Below, one piece after another: positions 18,677-31,607 of a stretch of 64,000 bases of DNA. The DNA is taken from NCBI GenBank assembly GCA_965153355.1, contig OZ231126.1, forward strand, positions 47,864,001-47,928,000. Direction: 5' to 3'. The notes under the pieces are model-generated. The model worked only from the letters and a program-made list of their open reading frames with translations. It did not search any database and had not been told where the DNA came from. How positions within the stretch are numbered: the stretch's first letter is position 1; each line of letters starts with the position of its first letter. The stretch comes from Flaccisagitta enflata (lineage: Eukaryota). The translations under genes were made by a program, and so were the position numbers.

Positions 18677-21600
18677 CGACGAATAAGTTCCCAGAAACGT
18701 CAACTAGTGTTTCCCCTTCATTAGCTTGCAAATACGGACTTTTGCGTAACCTTATAGTAATTGTAATTGCCCCTGGCAAGCTTCGCCTATTTTCCACCGA
18801 GTTTCTTAAAGCGTCGGAAAAAGGGTCATCTTGTCACATGATCAAATTTGATATCATAACGTCCACTTGTTTCGTTTTCTTTTTTTGCAGAGTTTAAAAC
18901 ATGCCAACAAAGGCAAAAAAAAAACAGCTTTATTCAACACAGATTGCTTAACAATGGAATATGACAATATAAGCACACCTGTGACAAAATGGAACATGTC
19001 TTCTTAAAGCGCCGGAAATAGGGCTGGTCGGATAAATGGATAAGGAAGTTCTCTTGCGATTGTGTTGATCAAATCAACGGTTGTCTTCGGTCTATTAGGC
19101 CTAGAGCTAGGGACTGCAACAGAAAAATCACTTTAATTTACTTGCAAGACCCCCTGTAAAAAAATATGAAATAACACATAGAATTGATGGGTTGAAAGCA
19201 ATTTCGGTGATGCTGATACTGTGTCTCTTGAGCAAGCTTTTCCGCGTCAAAATAAAGATATCTTCCTAATTTTTTTTTCCATCTTTCTCTAATAAGCCAG
19301 TAGAGGTAATTCCACGTTTCCCACGGTATGAATGAAGTAAAACTTACCCCAAAAAATGAGAATTTCTCTGTGCTACACATTTGCTACATGATTTTTACCA
19401 AAAATTGATCATTATTTTTAACTGAAATCACATGAAAATCGCCAGTTTTTTTTTAAACTTAAGTTCTTAGACTCAAATACGATCTCTGGGAATGATATTG
19501 GGTGCTGAAAAGCCTTGGATGGAAAGTGAAGCGCAAATTTCGAATGTAAATAGCATAAAAAACGCCGTGACCGCCTGAAAAAAAATTCTACCTATATACT
19601 TACTGTTTGGTGTTAATCATTTTGTGAAAAACGCTACATAATCATTTGCCCATACTCGTACCTTGGCATGACTGAACTCAGTTTGAGCCAGACGGCATTG
19701 ACAATGTCCAGCACTTTTCTCGGCGGTTGAGATTCAATGACTCCGTCGACACTTTGCACCGGAAGAAGGCGGCAGAGATTGGAGGTCAGCGTCTCCGCAA
19801 AAGCGATCATCTCGCAGGAATCCTTTGTCGACAAACGCGTCAACATCACCATCAAAGTCGTCCATACCTGAAGAAATAAATACCAGTCAAATTTGTTGAT
19901 TGCCATTAGGCTTGATTTTTTACAGTAAGCGACCGATGTATCCTGATTGATTGTGACTAATTTGTCACCGAGTCGTCATTTAGAAAGATAACAAGAGTGC
20001 TACTTTATTTCCTGCCTTGGTTTCGAAGCAAACGTCAAACGCTTTCTGCAGCGACGCCGGCGTAAGCGACTTGGTCCACGACGGTAATCCGGGAACGACG
20101 GCATTAACGGAAACTGTCGCGTCACGTAGCCTCTGATTGGTGGAATCTTCTTCCTCCGTCAGCCAATCGTCGACGAGGCAAAGATGCGGGAAGTGATTTG
20201 CGACGAGGCGGAGCAGCGAGGCGTAGAGACCGGCGTAATTCTGCTGGTCCCGATGAGCCAGTCTCAGTAGAAATTTAATCGGCAGTTCGTCCCACAACTC
20301 GGAGGAATAACTTAAGAACTGACGAGGTCCGCTCTGAAAGGGTGAAGATCGAGAAGGGGAAAGGATCGAGAGTAGGAAATGACATAGACATTAGTGATTC
20401 AAGGACGCGGAGGGAACCAAATTAGGCTGAACTTTAAATGTCAACATCCGTCACTCAAGAAGTCATACCAGTAGAAAACGAACAGGTAGTTATTAGAGAA
20501 AATTGCTAAAAGTAAAACTACTATTTTTCAACTGATAGATACATCAATAAGGCAGACAAATGATCATTGATAAACACTAACTTAAACTTTGTTACAGCCA
20601 GAAGTATCGGGCAAGGTACTAGGCAAGGCACTAGACAAGGCACTAGACAGCTGCCAGATTCCTTTCTTCTCAAAGGACCGGCAAAATCCTATCAGTCACA
20701 GTCTTACTCACGGTGATAGCCTTTATTTGAGACATTCTGACATCTTCGTAGAGCAATAGATAATAGAGTACGAGAATTTGCGGGACAACTCTTTCGTCGG
20801 CGTCCATCGCCTCCTCGGCGTCGGTCTCCATCTTCTCCGCATCGCTTTGCTTGTTCAAGAGTAAAGGAGAAGCGGCAAAGAAGGACAGAATTTCCTGAGA
20901 AGTGAGACACAGAATTGATCAAATCACAACTAAGGGTAATTGGTTTGATAAATGTCTTATACCTTTTATCTGTTGGCAATGACCTCATTATTAAAGAACA
21001 GATCAGAGCTGTAACAACAGTCCGTTACCTGCACAAGTTGGGCTACGATGAAAAAAAAAAAAAAATTTAGTAAGGAGGCTAAAAAAGGCCCAATCTTATG
21101 TAAAAAAACCTGGGGAATCCAACCGTGACCTACGCGGGGGCGTTTAGAAACGGCCCCAAAAACACCCAAAAATGGCTATTTTTAGGTATTTTTGGCCAAA
21201 ATTTAGTACTTAAATGGAGGCCAAGTGTTTAAATTCATAGTTGGGGACACTTCAAGATGTAAGAGACTAGTAAAACAAGAATCATGATGATGGGGCTATT
21301 GTGGGGTACCTGAAAAGGCCCAAAAAGGGCCCCTAAAACGAAAAAAATGTAGTTTTTTTTTCATTGTGACTACAAAAATAAATGGAATGACTTCAAATTT
21401 GAAATGGAAGTTCCTTATAAATGCAACTACCATCATGTAAAAATTTGTGGCCCTCCTTAGATGGCTTCATAGAAAAATTTGGCCACCAAAACCAAAAATC
21501 GCTCCTAAAAAATCAGTTTTTTGAGTTAATTGACCTAAAAATAATATTTTAAGGTCAGGGTACCCCAATTTTTTTTTCTATTTTGCTAATATAAGATGTT

Positions 21601-22099
21601 TGGAGGTTCCAAAAAAAATTTCAGACCATATTTCCAAAAAATGGCTGAGATATGACCATTTGAAGCGACATGGTAAAAATGGAAAATGCCAAAAATGGTT
21701 ATTTTTGGTGATTTTTTTAAAACAATTGGATACAAAAAGGGGTCCCGTTCATTTTAATTCATAGTTGGGGACACTACAAGATGTAAGAGATTATAAAACG
21801 ACGGATGGACCAACAGACGGACCAATGGACAGACAAAGCGGGGTGTAGAGTCGCGTAGCACGCAACTAAAAACGCGTTTTTGGTTGTCAGTTGAAACACA
21901 TGCAGGTTCTTACGTTCTTACGTTTCTTACATTTTTTAAGGCGAGGCATCTTTTCATCAACTGACACGTAAACACCAAAAAGATTTATTGCCGACTTTTG
22001 TTTCGAGTACAGATCGTTCTTTCGAATCACCAATCCTCTTCTAACCACTCCCTCCCCCTTCTCTTAGTGTTTGTGTGTGTGTGTGTGTGTGTCTGTCTG

Positions 22100-22131
<32 letters not shown>

Positions 22132-22181
22132 TCTCTGTCTCTCTCTGTCTCTGTCTGTCTCTGTCTGTCTCTGTCTGTCTG

Positions 22182-22253
<72 letters not shown>

Positions 22254-25200
22254 AATCTTGGTCGATACAAGGGATACACTAGTGCGTGCGGTGGGCAGGG
22301 CTTTGAGGTCACTCAATCATTTGGGCAGGAGCAGTGAGGCCAAAGACCGCAAAACCCCCCAAAAAAGTAAAGTGTGATGGACCGACGGACGGACTGACGG
22401 ACGGACCAACGGACGGACACACCGACAAAGCGGGTTGTAGAGTCGCGTAGCATGCGACTAAAAATGATTTAGTCGCGTGCTACGCGAATCTACACCCCGC
22501 TTTATCCGTCGGTCCGTTGGTCGGTCCGTCGGTCCGTTTGTCCGTCGGTCGGTCGGTTGGTCTGTCCGTCACACTTTACTTTTTTTGGGTTTTTAGGGTT
22601 TTTGGGTTTTAGGGTTTTTGGCTAAAAAAATCACAAAAAATGACCATTTTCGGCGTTTTCCATTTTTACCACGTCGCTTCAAATGGTCATATCTCAGCCA
22701 TTTTTTGGAAATATGGCCTGAAATTTTTTTTGGAACCTCCAAACATCTTATATTAGCAAAATAGGAAAAAAAATTGGGGTACCCTGACCTTCAAATATTG
22801 TTTTTAGGTCAATTAACTCAAAAAACTGATTTTTTTTGAGCGATTTTTGGTTTTTGTGGCCAAATTTTCCTATGAAGCTATCTAAGGAGGGCCACAAATT
22901 TTTACATGATGGTAGTTGCATCTATAAGGAACTTCCATTTCAAATTTGAAGTCATTCCATTCATTTTTGTAGTCACAATGAAAAAAAAACTACATTTTTT
23001 TCGTTTTAGGGGCCCTTTTTGGGCCTTTTTAGGTACCCCCCAATAGCCCCATCATTATGATTCCTGTTTTTTTAATCTCTTACATCTTGTAGTGTCCCCA
23101 ACTATGAAAAAAAATGAACAGGACCCCTTTTTGTACCCAATTGTTTAAAAAAATCACAAAAAATGACCATTTTCGGCGTTTTCCATTTTTACCACGTCGC
23201 TTCAAATGGTCATATCTCAGCCATTTTTTGTAAATATGGCCTGAAATTTTTTTTGGAACCTCCAAACATCTTATATTAGCAAAATAGAAAAAAAAATTGG
23301 GGTACCCTGACCTTATAATATTGTTTTTAGGTCAATGAACTCAAAAAACTGATTTTTTTGGAGCGATTTTTGGTTTTTGTGGCCAAATTTTCCTATGAAG
23401 CCATCTAAGGAGGGCCACAAATTTTTACATGATGGTAGTTGCATTTATAAGGAACTTCCATTTCAAATTTGAAGTCATTCCATTCATTTTTGTAGTCACA
23501 ATGAAAAAAAAACTACATTTTTTCCGTTTTAGGGGCCCTTTTTGGGCCTTTTTAGGTACCCCACAATAGCCCCATCATCATGATTCTTGTTTTACTAGTC
23601 TCTTACATCTTGAAGTGTCCCCAACTATGAAATTAAACACTTGGCCTCCATTTAAGTACTAAATTTTGGCCAAAAATACCTAAAAATAGCCATTTTTGGG
23701 TGTTTTTTTGGGGCCGTTTCTAAACGCCCCCGCGTAGGGCTCTGAAAAGGTCACGGTTGGATTTCCCACATTTTTTTACACAAGATTGACCTTTTTCTAG
23801 CCTCCTTACTCAATTTTTTTTTTGCGATGAGAAATAATGCAGCTAGCTCAACTTGTGCAGGTAACGGCAGTGATTGACTCCCGAGTCCAGGCAGGTTCCC
23901 AGAATTACGTCTTACCTGTTGAGAAAGAGGTTCGTTGGTATTTTGCGCGGCTTGTCTCGATGGAATGAGGGTCGAGTTGACAAAGGCTTCGACAAGGGGC
24001 GGCACGACCGGATGCAAAGGTCCACGACACTCGCGCAACTGCCGACAAATCCAATCTTTGATCGGCACTTTGTGCTTGGCAAACGCGCGGCTTTTCAGCA
24101 ACTGATGAATGCAATGTACCGACAAGAAACCCGGAATGGCGGCGGACAGGCCTCGCGTCACGGGAACCGACACGGCCAAAGACGTCACCACCTTCTCGGA
24201 GAAAATGTCCTGCGTGAAGATGGCTTTGAGTCTGACCAGACTGTTCGATCTGACTGGGACCTTCATACCCAAAGTAGCGCAAACCAAGTCGGATATGGCC
24301 GTCATTTGATTACTGTGGAAATGAATGGCAATCAACAACAGCATTTCGCCAAAACCACCACCACCACCTCCTCCTCCACTCCCTTCATTTCCATCGCCGC
24401 GTTCGAAACGCGGCGCCTCGTTCATGAGCCACTGCAGCCACGCCGACACGCGTTTATCGTCTTCGGGGCTGGAGAACAATCCCGGACACGCGATGACCAT
24501 GGACAAGGAAAGTGAAATGAATTTCGTGCCCAAAGCCGAGATTTTAGGCCGAGAGGTTAACAAAGTCACGAGAGACGCGGATTCCTCTTCGGTGAATTTG
24601 ATGGAGGCGGCTTTGAGGGCGCAGTACAAGCGAACGAAATTGTTGGCGACGGTGAGCCGATCGTCGTCGTCCAACAACACAATCGATGATACAGATCTTT
24701 GACCTTCATCGTCATCATACTCATCGCCGTCAATATCACCGGCAATATCACCGGCGCATTTTTTCGTAGGCCGTAGGATAAGTGTCAATTGAGAGGAGAG
24801 ATTAGCGCGGAATTCCTTTACCATCTGCGAGGAGAACGAGTCTTGATGCGCGCCGGATTTCTTCTTCTGGTCGTTTCTGACGAATTGCGCGAACCAGCCG
24901 CGCGCGCTCATATCGCCGTTGAGTAAGAGTCCGGAAGAAAACTCGAGAAGGTCGTTGGGAAGCTGTAAGGAGGGAGGAGAGGAGGGAGAAGAAGAGGAAG
25001 AGGGTTCCCCTGTCGCGGTTCCTAAATTGTGCTCCAATGTTAAAGCGATTGCCAGTTCCGGGAGTCTGCCTTCGTTGACGGCCATGGCGCGAATGCTCAG
25101 CGCCTGTCGAGGGTTCATGTCGATCAACGCGCGGAGGACTTGGCAGCGTTTCCGGGTGTCGACGTCGTCGTCCGTAGTTTCACCCGTAACCATGGAAGCG

Positions 25201-26894
25201 GCGGCGCAGCGGCTTCCAATCACCAGCGAGTGACAGACCTAAGGATAGGTAGACAAACTTGTGAAAAATAAAATTCATTGCGTCAGATAACCAGTCATCC
25301 AGACTAACGCTTCAAGCCATAAATCGGGAACCCACGGAACGAATGTCTCCCCAACAATCACCTCGTGAAAAGCGTCCGCATTATTAGCAACCAAACGACA
25401 AATAAGCCAATCGCCGTTGGGCACGTGAAGCAACGTGTCAGCCAGTTCGGTGATCTGCAGCAAATTGGGCAGCTCCGCTTGCGCGATACACAAAACGTCT
25501 GATACTTCTTCCAGATATATTCCGTCTTCGAAAAGTTCGGAATTACGCCAATAGAACTCGCCGGGGTTGGAAGAAGGAGCGGCGCCGGTGGCGTCCACAG
25601 CGCCCGCGACGCCAAACGCGGCTTCCGTGGCGGCGGCGCGCAGTTTCGACATCACAAATAAAATTTCGCTCAGTACGAGACGCAATTTGCCAACGGCTTC
25701 GCTGCGTTCGAACTCGAGGGGCGTGCTTCCGCCGCTGGACGACGCGCCCGAACCGGTGGCGCCGCCACCACCGGCGACCAAATTACTGTCTTTCAACTGC
25801 GTGGCTCCACCGACTTTGCCGCGTAGCGCCAACTCCTTTTTGGCATCTTGTTCGAGAACGTGGAAATCGATAGAGAGCAGAGCGACGAGAGAGTTGACAG
25901 TTTCCACGCCGCAGAGCAGCCGCAGGATCGAACGCCGTTTGCGAGTCCACGCTTTGCCTGTGACAGTGAATGAAATTGTAACAATGCCAAGTAGGCAACA
26001 GGATGCGCCGTGTAGATCGTCAAACGTTGGCGATACCGACGGGGTGGGGGGGGGGATAAAATCAAAGGGTTAGGAGATGTGAGAAAATCACGTGCGGGTG
26101 GGCAGGGGTCACCAGATCATTTGAGCAGGAGCAATGAGGCCAAAAACCGCAAAACCCCCAAAAAAGTAAAGCGTGACAGACAGACAGACCAACCGACGGA
26201 CGGACCGACAAAGCGGGGTGTAACACGCGACTAAAAAAATCAGCTTCTGTATCAACACGAAAATCGTTCGCGTCAGATCTTTGCTTTGATTCCATGGTGA
26301 TATTTACTCTCTTTCTACTTCCGACCAACGCTTACGTAAACGCTGCTAGCTATCGTCAGTATCGCCGAAAATATTTTTTGAAAATAGATTTGAATTCATA
26401 ATTGTTAGTTCTACACGGTGATTATGCGTAGTTAAGCGAATGGGCCTAAGTATGAGCTCAGGGGATGGTATTCCGACAGCTTATAAGTTTTCTACAAAAT
26501 GTAATGATTTTCAGTGCAAAAAAAACTCACTAGTTGATCAATATGACCAAGTATGACAATCTCAAATAATAATCAAATCATATTTTAACTGTTTTCTGTC
26601 ATATGTTCCATCAGATGAGCGATTAAGAATTTTCCGCAATCTTTTTTTCCCGTCCCTTTCTCTCACGATCGCTGCAGTTTAATAGCCTACTTCTTGAAAC
26701 CCCGTTTGGGGCTGTATATATGTTGGGCTCCAATGCCTTTTCCTGTTTTTTGTGTTTCATGCATCTTCCTGTCTTTCCTGTGGTTTCATTTTGCCGAGTC
26801 TGACTTTAGCTGTCTGTCTCTCTCTCTCTCTGTCTCTCTCTGTCTCTCTCTGTCTCTCTCTGTCTCTCTCTGTCTCTCTCTGTCTCTCTCTCTG

Positions 26895-26938
<44 letters not shown>

Positions 26939-28146
26939 TCTTTTTCTCTCACTATAAATTGCGTATTATTGGATGGCGTCGTCTTTGATGTATATGCAAC
27001 GATTTTGGATCTGGATTGGATTGTTATTTGGATTTATTTGGATCTATTATCATGGATTGATCGTCTGAACCATGGGTTTCAGTTACTGGTTATAATGGAA
27101 AGAAGCGGCGTTATCGAAAGTGTAATTCGTATTATGTGTCATTTTGTATTGTTTGTGATATTTTCTTCATAATATGTGTCATTGAAAGTATTGTTCTACA
27201 TAGGAGTTACTCGCTGTTCCCAATACTTATGTCTTTTTTCTCCCTCTCTTGCAGAAAAAGAGGAAAAAACAGGAAAATAGAAAAATAGAAAAACCGCAGT
27301 GAAGTCAGAAAAAAAAGGAAAGAAAAGAAGTTTGAAAGGAATAAAAGAGAGAAAAGAGAGAAAAGAAAGAAAATATAGAAGAGATAGAAAGGAAAGAAAC
27401 AAGAACATAAGAGAAAAGTACAGAAAAAAAAGCGGAAAAAGGAAGAGAAGAAAAAAGAAAAAAAAGGGAAGAAAAAAACATTAGGAGGAAAAAAAAAAGA
27501 ATAATGGGAAAAAAAAGAAAAGAAAGAGAAAAAAAAGTGAAGCAGGGATTTCGAGAAGGCAAACAATTGGTAGAAATAACAAGGCCGGATACACCGCCAC
27601 CAGTTGCGGACGGGTGGGCAGGGGCGGAAATGCACGTTTTCACACTTTTCGACTCGTGGTCACGGACAGACGGACAGACGGACCGACGGACGGACGGACG
27701 GACGGACGGACCGACGGACGGACAAAGGCTCTTATAGAGTTGCGTGTCCGCAACTAAAAATCGGAGGAGATTAATACTTTTGGTATTATGATTAGCATAA
27801 CACAGTATGACACTATTTGAGCCATGAGGGGATGAAAAGAAAAATGATAAGAGGAGAGACGGCAATGACCCAGAAAGATTTGACCGACCAGACGGAGTGA
27901 TAGAAGTCGAAGATGAACTTCTTAATGTTAGATAAGACATCACCGCGGTATACCAAGCCGGAGCGAGGCTATAAGTGCTTTTCCGGGCACAAACATACCC
28001 TGATCAAGTGGAGAACAAAGCGACATGCGGACGAGGCTGGGTAACAGAGGCCGAAGTTCGTCCTCTCGTAAGGCTGAGAGCTCCGCAATATTCAGAGAGT
28101 CTATAGCTGCGAATACATGCGGGGGGATCATCGCGCGCGTCTCCAT
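9262..28146 (-). CDS. INTS2: Integrator complex subunit 2. About 10 exons: 28146-27999, 25957-25362, 25238-23916, ~20895-20710, ~20333-20005, 19867-19662, ~17188-16955, ~12899-12712, ~10203-9893, ~9697-9262
   Basis: Conserved blocks: ELRPLLPSLVRMSLC, VNSLVALLSIDFHVLEQDA, YLEEVSDVLCIAQAELP, FGEMLLLIAIHFHSNQ, CIHQLLKSRAFAKHKVPIKDWI, DPLTVLRCDERVFRSPP, ALVAAQDSAAVQILLE, LHQMFIADPTLAKLVHFQGYP, RAFPPLADD. Confidence 0.95.
10544..12650. mobile_element. Degenerate TIR element in an INTS2 intron with a nested TIR element at ~10892-12192
   Basis: Outer inverted repeat TTTCCACAATAAAC...TGA (~10550) / TCAG...GTTTATTGTGGAAA (~12606-12645). Inner inverted repeat GGGGGGGGTGGGGTAATGTGGGCCA / TGGCCCAAATTACCCCACCCCCCC. 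Confidence 0.55.
12963..13329. mobile_element. Tc1/mariner-type MITE
   Basis: TIRs CAATGTGTGAACCCCTAAAACTGTAGCACCCCC / GGGGGTGCTACAGTATTTAGGGGGTTCACACCTTG with TA on both sides; inner arms also inverted (TACAAGTGGTGCCACTA / TAGTGGCGCCATTTGTA). Confidence 0.7.
15020..15410. repeat. Degenerate ~10-bp tandem array (AAATGACTTA-like)
   Basis: Direct reading. Confidence 0.8.
15690..16626. mobile_element. Helentron/DINE-like element with ~140-160-bp internal tandem units, an (ACG/ACA)n tract and a terminal hairpin
   Basis: Five copies of TTTTCACTTTTAGGCTGGTAGGCTGGTTGGG. Ends in hairpin GTCCGCG-TCGGAAT-GAT-ATTCCGT-CGCGGAC followed by AAAAA. Confidence 0.55.
21024..23866. mobile_element. Fold-back element with ~780-bp inverted arms (21024-~21795 and ~23080-23866), an extra ~520-bp tandem partial arm copy (from ~22625) and nested DINE-like copies
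   Basis: CCGTTACCTGCACAAGTTG / CAACTTGTGCAGGTAACGG and CTACGCGGGGGCGTTTAGAAACGGCCC / GGGCCGTTTCTAAACGCCCCCGCGTAG, with arms colinear over hundreds of bp. Confidence 0.85.
27578..27760 (-). mobile_element. Representative of a DINE-1/Helentron-like non-autonomous family. Other copies at ~15425-15505, 21800-21870, 22280-22463, 22468-22620, 26090-26238, 44775-44995, 49785-49962, 57187-57392, 57970-58170, 59625-59778, 61030-61156
   Basis: T-rich flank, terminal hairpin AGTTGCG-GACA-CGCAACT, then CTATAAGAG and a (GTCY)n microsatellite, GCCCCTGCCCACCCGTCCGCAAC, and a GGCC...GGCCTTGTT end. No TSD. This architecture matches DINE-1/HINE elements. Confidence 0.7.
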
Positions 28147-28714
28147 CGCTGTGAGCGGGACGCCGGATTACCCAGAAAGGAGGAACCTGAAAGTGAGGAG
28201 AAAGTACTGATGGATCACGTGCACGACAGACTGAAAAGATTCTGGAGCCTAAAATCTTCTACGGCGCCGCAGCTTTAGTCAGTCCGGCGGGAAATCTGAC
28301 GCTTCATTAAACAACCAACGTGCTAAACACTATAATAACTACGAAAAAGTAAGCAGTGATAGGCCGAAGTCATTAATAAAAACTTAAAAACGGAGCTTCA
28401 GCCTATTGCCACTGGGATCGCCACCGATACTGGCCCTATTTCGAGCATTTTAGATGCTCAATCAGCGACATCGAAAGCCGATGTCAGCAGCTGCAGTAGT
28501 AGAGCGACGCAGCTGCTGCAGCGTTGCCCGGTGATCGTCAGCTGGATACGTGTAAACATGTTAAAAACTTCCCTTACCCTACTATGCCTTACCTTAGCTT
28601 GTTTTACTTTTTACTAAAGCGGCTAGAAAGACACTGAATGGAAATGAAAAGGGAAGAAAAAAAAGTTTTGTTCACTAGCTACTGTAAAAATCTGTCGGAA
28701 GTATTGTTCAATAC

Positions 28715-28792
<78 letters not shown>

Positions 28793-28793
28793 A

Positions 28794-28834
<41 letters not shown>

Positions 28835-29625
28835 GAGAGACAGACAGACAGAGAGAGACAGACAGACAGACAGACAAAAAGGCAGAAAGACAGTAGAAAG
28901 GCAGAACCAGTGGCTTTCGCCAAATATGTGAATCGCAGGAGCTTTGAAATATGAAGACAGAATAGAAAAAGAAAAAGTCACAACCCTCTTTCTAAAAAAA
29001 AACAAAAATAGGAAAAATAGCAAAAGCTACAACTCTCTTTTTAAATAAAAAAAGAGAAGAGATGAACAGAAAAAGAACAAGGTCAAGTGAAGGCCAATAA
29101 GTGCGCCTTGCTTGATTAAGAATTTGTGAATGAACGTTTTTGATGAAGGAAGGAAGGAAGGAAGGAAGGAAGGAAGGAAGGAAGGAAGGAAGGAATGAAT
29201 GAAAATGTGGTGAGACATCAAAGGTGACAGGAATGAAGAACTACGAAGAATCAGCCATTTTTCGCGTTTCAAATATTTGCGTGACCGACCAAACGACTAA
29301 CCGACCAACCGACTGACCAACCAACCAACGGACATGACCTCTTATAAAAGTGCGAGGACGCACTTAAAAACAGTCAAACCAAAAGAAAAAAAAGTCATAG
29401 AACAGTTTCAAAGTGAATTGCGAAACGCATTTCCCTATGAAAGACAATAACATCTTGAGAGCGATAACGATGGAACCTGAATGGAAGAAAGAGACACACA
29501 TTCTACGCTCAGATATTTATTTTTATTTAGGCGAGCAATGCGAATGAAGGTTATCATTATAAACTCAAAAGAAAAGACCATAAACTCATTCAAAACACTA
29601 TCATAAGCTTCCAACCAAAATAACC
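28147..29625. promoter_or_regulatory. Head-to-head region between INTS2 and DRC1; likely divergent promoters
   Basis: Divergent ATGs at 28146 (-) and 29626 (+). Positional inference only. Confidence 0.5.
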
Positions 29626-30573
29626 ATGGCCACGGATGATCCCATTCCCACGGTAGAGTCGGAAGATCCCGAAGAGCGCATTACGGCACGACGGGGTCGC
29701 ATCTTCAAACGGATCGAAGCCGCTCGTCGAGAGGCGATGGGCGAAGATCCCAACGCCGCCAACGAAATCCGGGAAGTCGCCAGCAAAAGCAAATTGCAGA
29801 TCGAGGACAGTCGGAAACGGTTGGCCAAACTGGTCGCCGATGGAACCGAATTGGTGACGAATATTCAAGTCGCCGGCGACGCTCGTGAGGGTCAACGCCG
29901 AAATGAAGAGGAGGAGACGCGAAGGCAACGGAGAGAAAGGCTCGAAAACGAAGCCAAAACAAGTCTCGAGAAGTTTGAAGAAATCGTCAAAAAATGGGAT
30001 TTGAACGGGACCAAAGAAATCCCTCAAGAACTTCACGAGACGCTCAACGCACAACGCGATCAATGTGACGCAATGATACAAGTAAGTGAATAGCGAGCGG
30101 CTATCTTTTCCTTTTCATGTTTGTTGTTGTTGTTGTTATTGTTGTTATTGTTGTTATTGTTGTTGCTGTTGTTGTCGTTGTTATTTATGTTGATGTTGTT
30201 TTTTCTGTCGGTCATTTTCTGTCATCGCTTCTTGTTCCTCTATTTCTTGTGGTTGTTTCTGGTATTGTTTTTTTTTTTCTTTTTTCTTTCTCTTTTTCTT
30301 CATTTCACCTTTTTTTTCTTCTTCCTCTATTTTTTGCCGTTTCGTCTTCTTTTTCTCGTTTTTTTCTTTTTTGTTCCTCTCTTTTTCTTTTTCTTTATCT
30401 TCTTTTTCTTTTTCTTTTTCTTTTTCTTTTTCTTTTTCTTCTTTTTCCTTTTCTCTCCATATTCTTCTTTTTCCTTTTCCTATTGTTGTTTTTACTTATC
30501 GCTTTTTTTCTATTTCGTCATCGTCATCTCCTTCATCTTCTTGACTTCTACTTTTCTTTGTTCTTTGTTGTTT

Positions 30574-30639
<66 letters not shown>

Positions 30640-31290
30640 TTGTTGTTGTTGCTTTTGTTGTTGTTGTTTTTGTTGTTGTTGTTATTATTGTTTTTGTTGT
30701 TGTTGTTATTGTTGTTGTTGTTGTTGTTGTTGTTCGCGTTCGCGTTCTTGTTGCTTGTTGTTGTTGTTATTTCAAGAATTCCTTTCCTTTTTTTATTTTG
30801 CTCTCCTTATTCTCTTCTGTTGTTGTTTTTGTTGTTGTTGTTGTTGTCGTTGTCGTTGTTGTTGTTGTCATCGTCATAGAAGTCGTTATTAAATGTTGTT
30901 GTGTTTCTTATGCTTCTTTTCCTTTCACTGAGTTTTCCTTCTCAATTTCCTTTTCTTCTGTTTTAAAATGATGATTATCAATTAAAAATCACTCTCTGTT
31001 TCTCTCTTCCTAAACCAGGATAAGAATCAACTCATCAACGATTTTCAAATGGAATTGAAGAATCGCGACGATCAGTACGTACGCGATCTCAAGAAGCAAG
31101 CCGAGGATATCGATCTGATGATCGAACGAATGGACGAACAGATCAAGAATCTAATGAAGGCTTATCGAGAAGAGCTGGACGAGATCGAAAAGGCTTTCGT
31201 AGAGGAAAGAAATGAATTGTTGAACGATCAAAGAAGCGCCTGGGAGTCCACGATGGGAGATCGTCAGGAAAAGGTACTTTTACGCATCCG

Positions 31291-31383
<93 letters not shown>

Positions 31384-31445
31384 GCCTTTTGTTGCTGTAG
31401 TTCTTGTTGTAATTTTTGTTGTTGTCGTTGATGGTTGTCGAATTT

Positions 31446-31494
<49 letters not shown>

Positions 31495-31561
31495 CGTTAA
31501 TGCCGTCTTTATCGTCATTGTTGTTGTTGTTGTTGTTGTTATATCGTTGTTGTTGTTGTTT

Positions 31562-31607
<46 letters not shown>

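Noticed and set aside
23751-23915. C-terminal extension of the 490-aa INTS2 ORF
   Set aside because: Read-through past the CAG|GTAAG donor at 23916 into the fold-back element arm.
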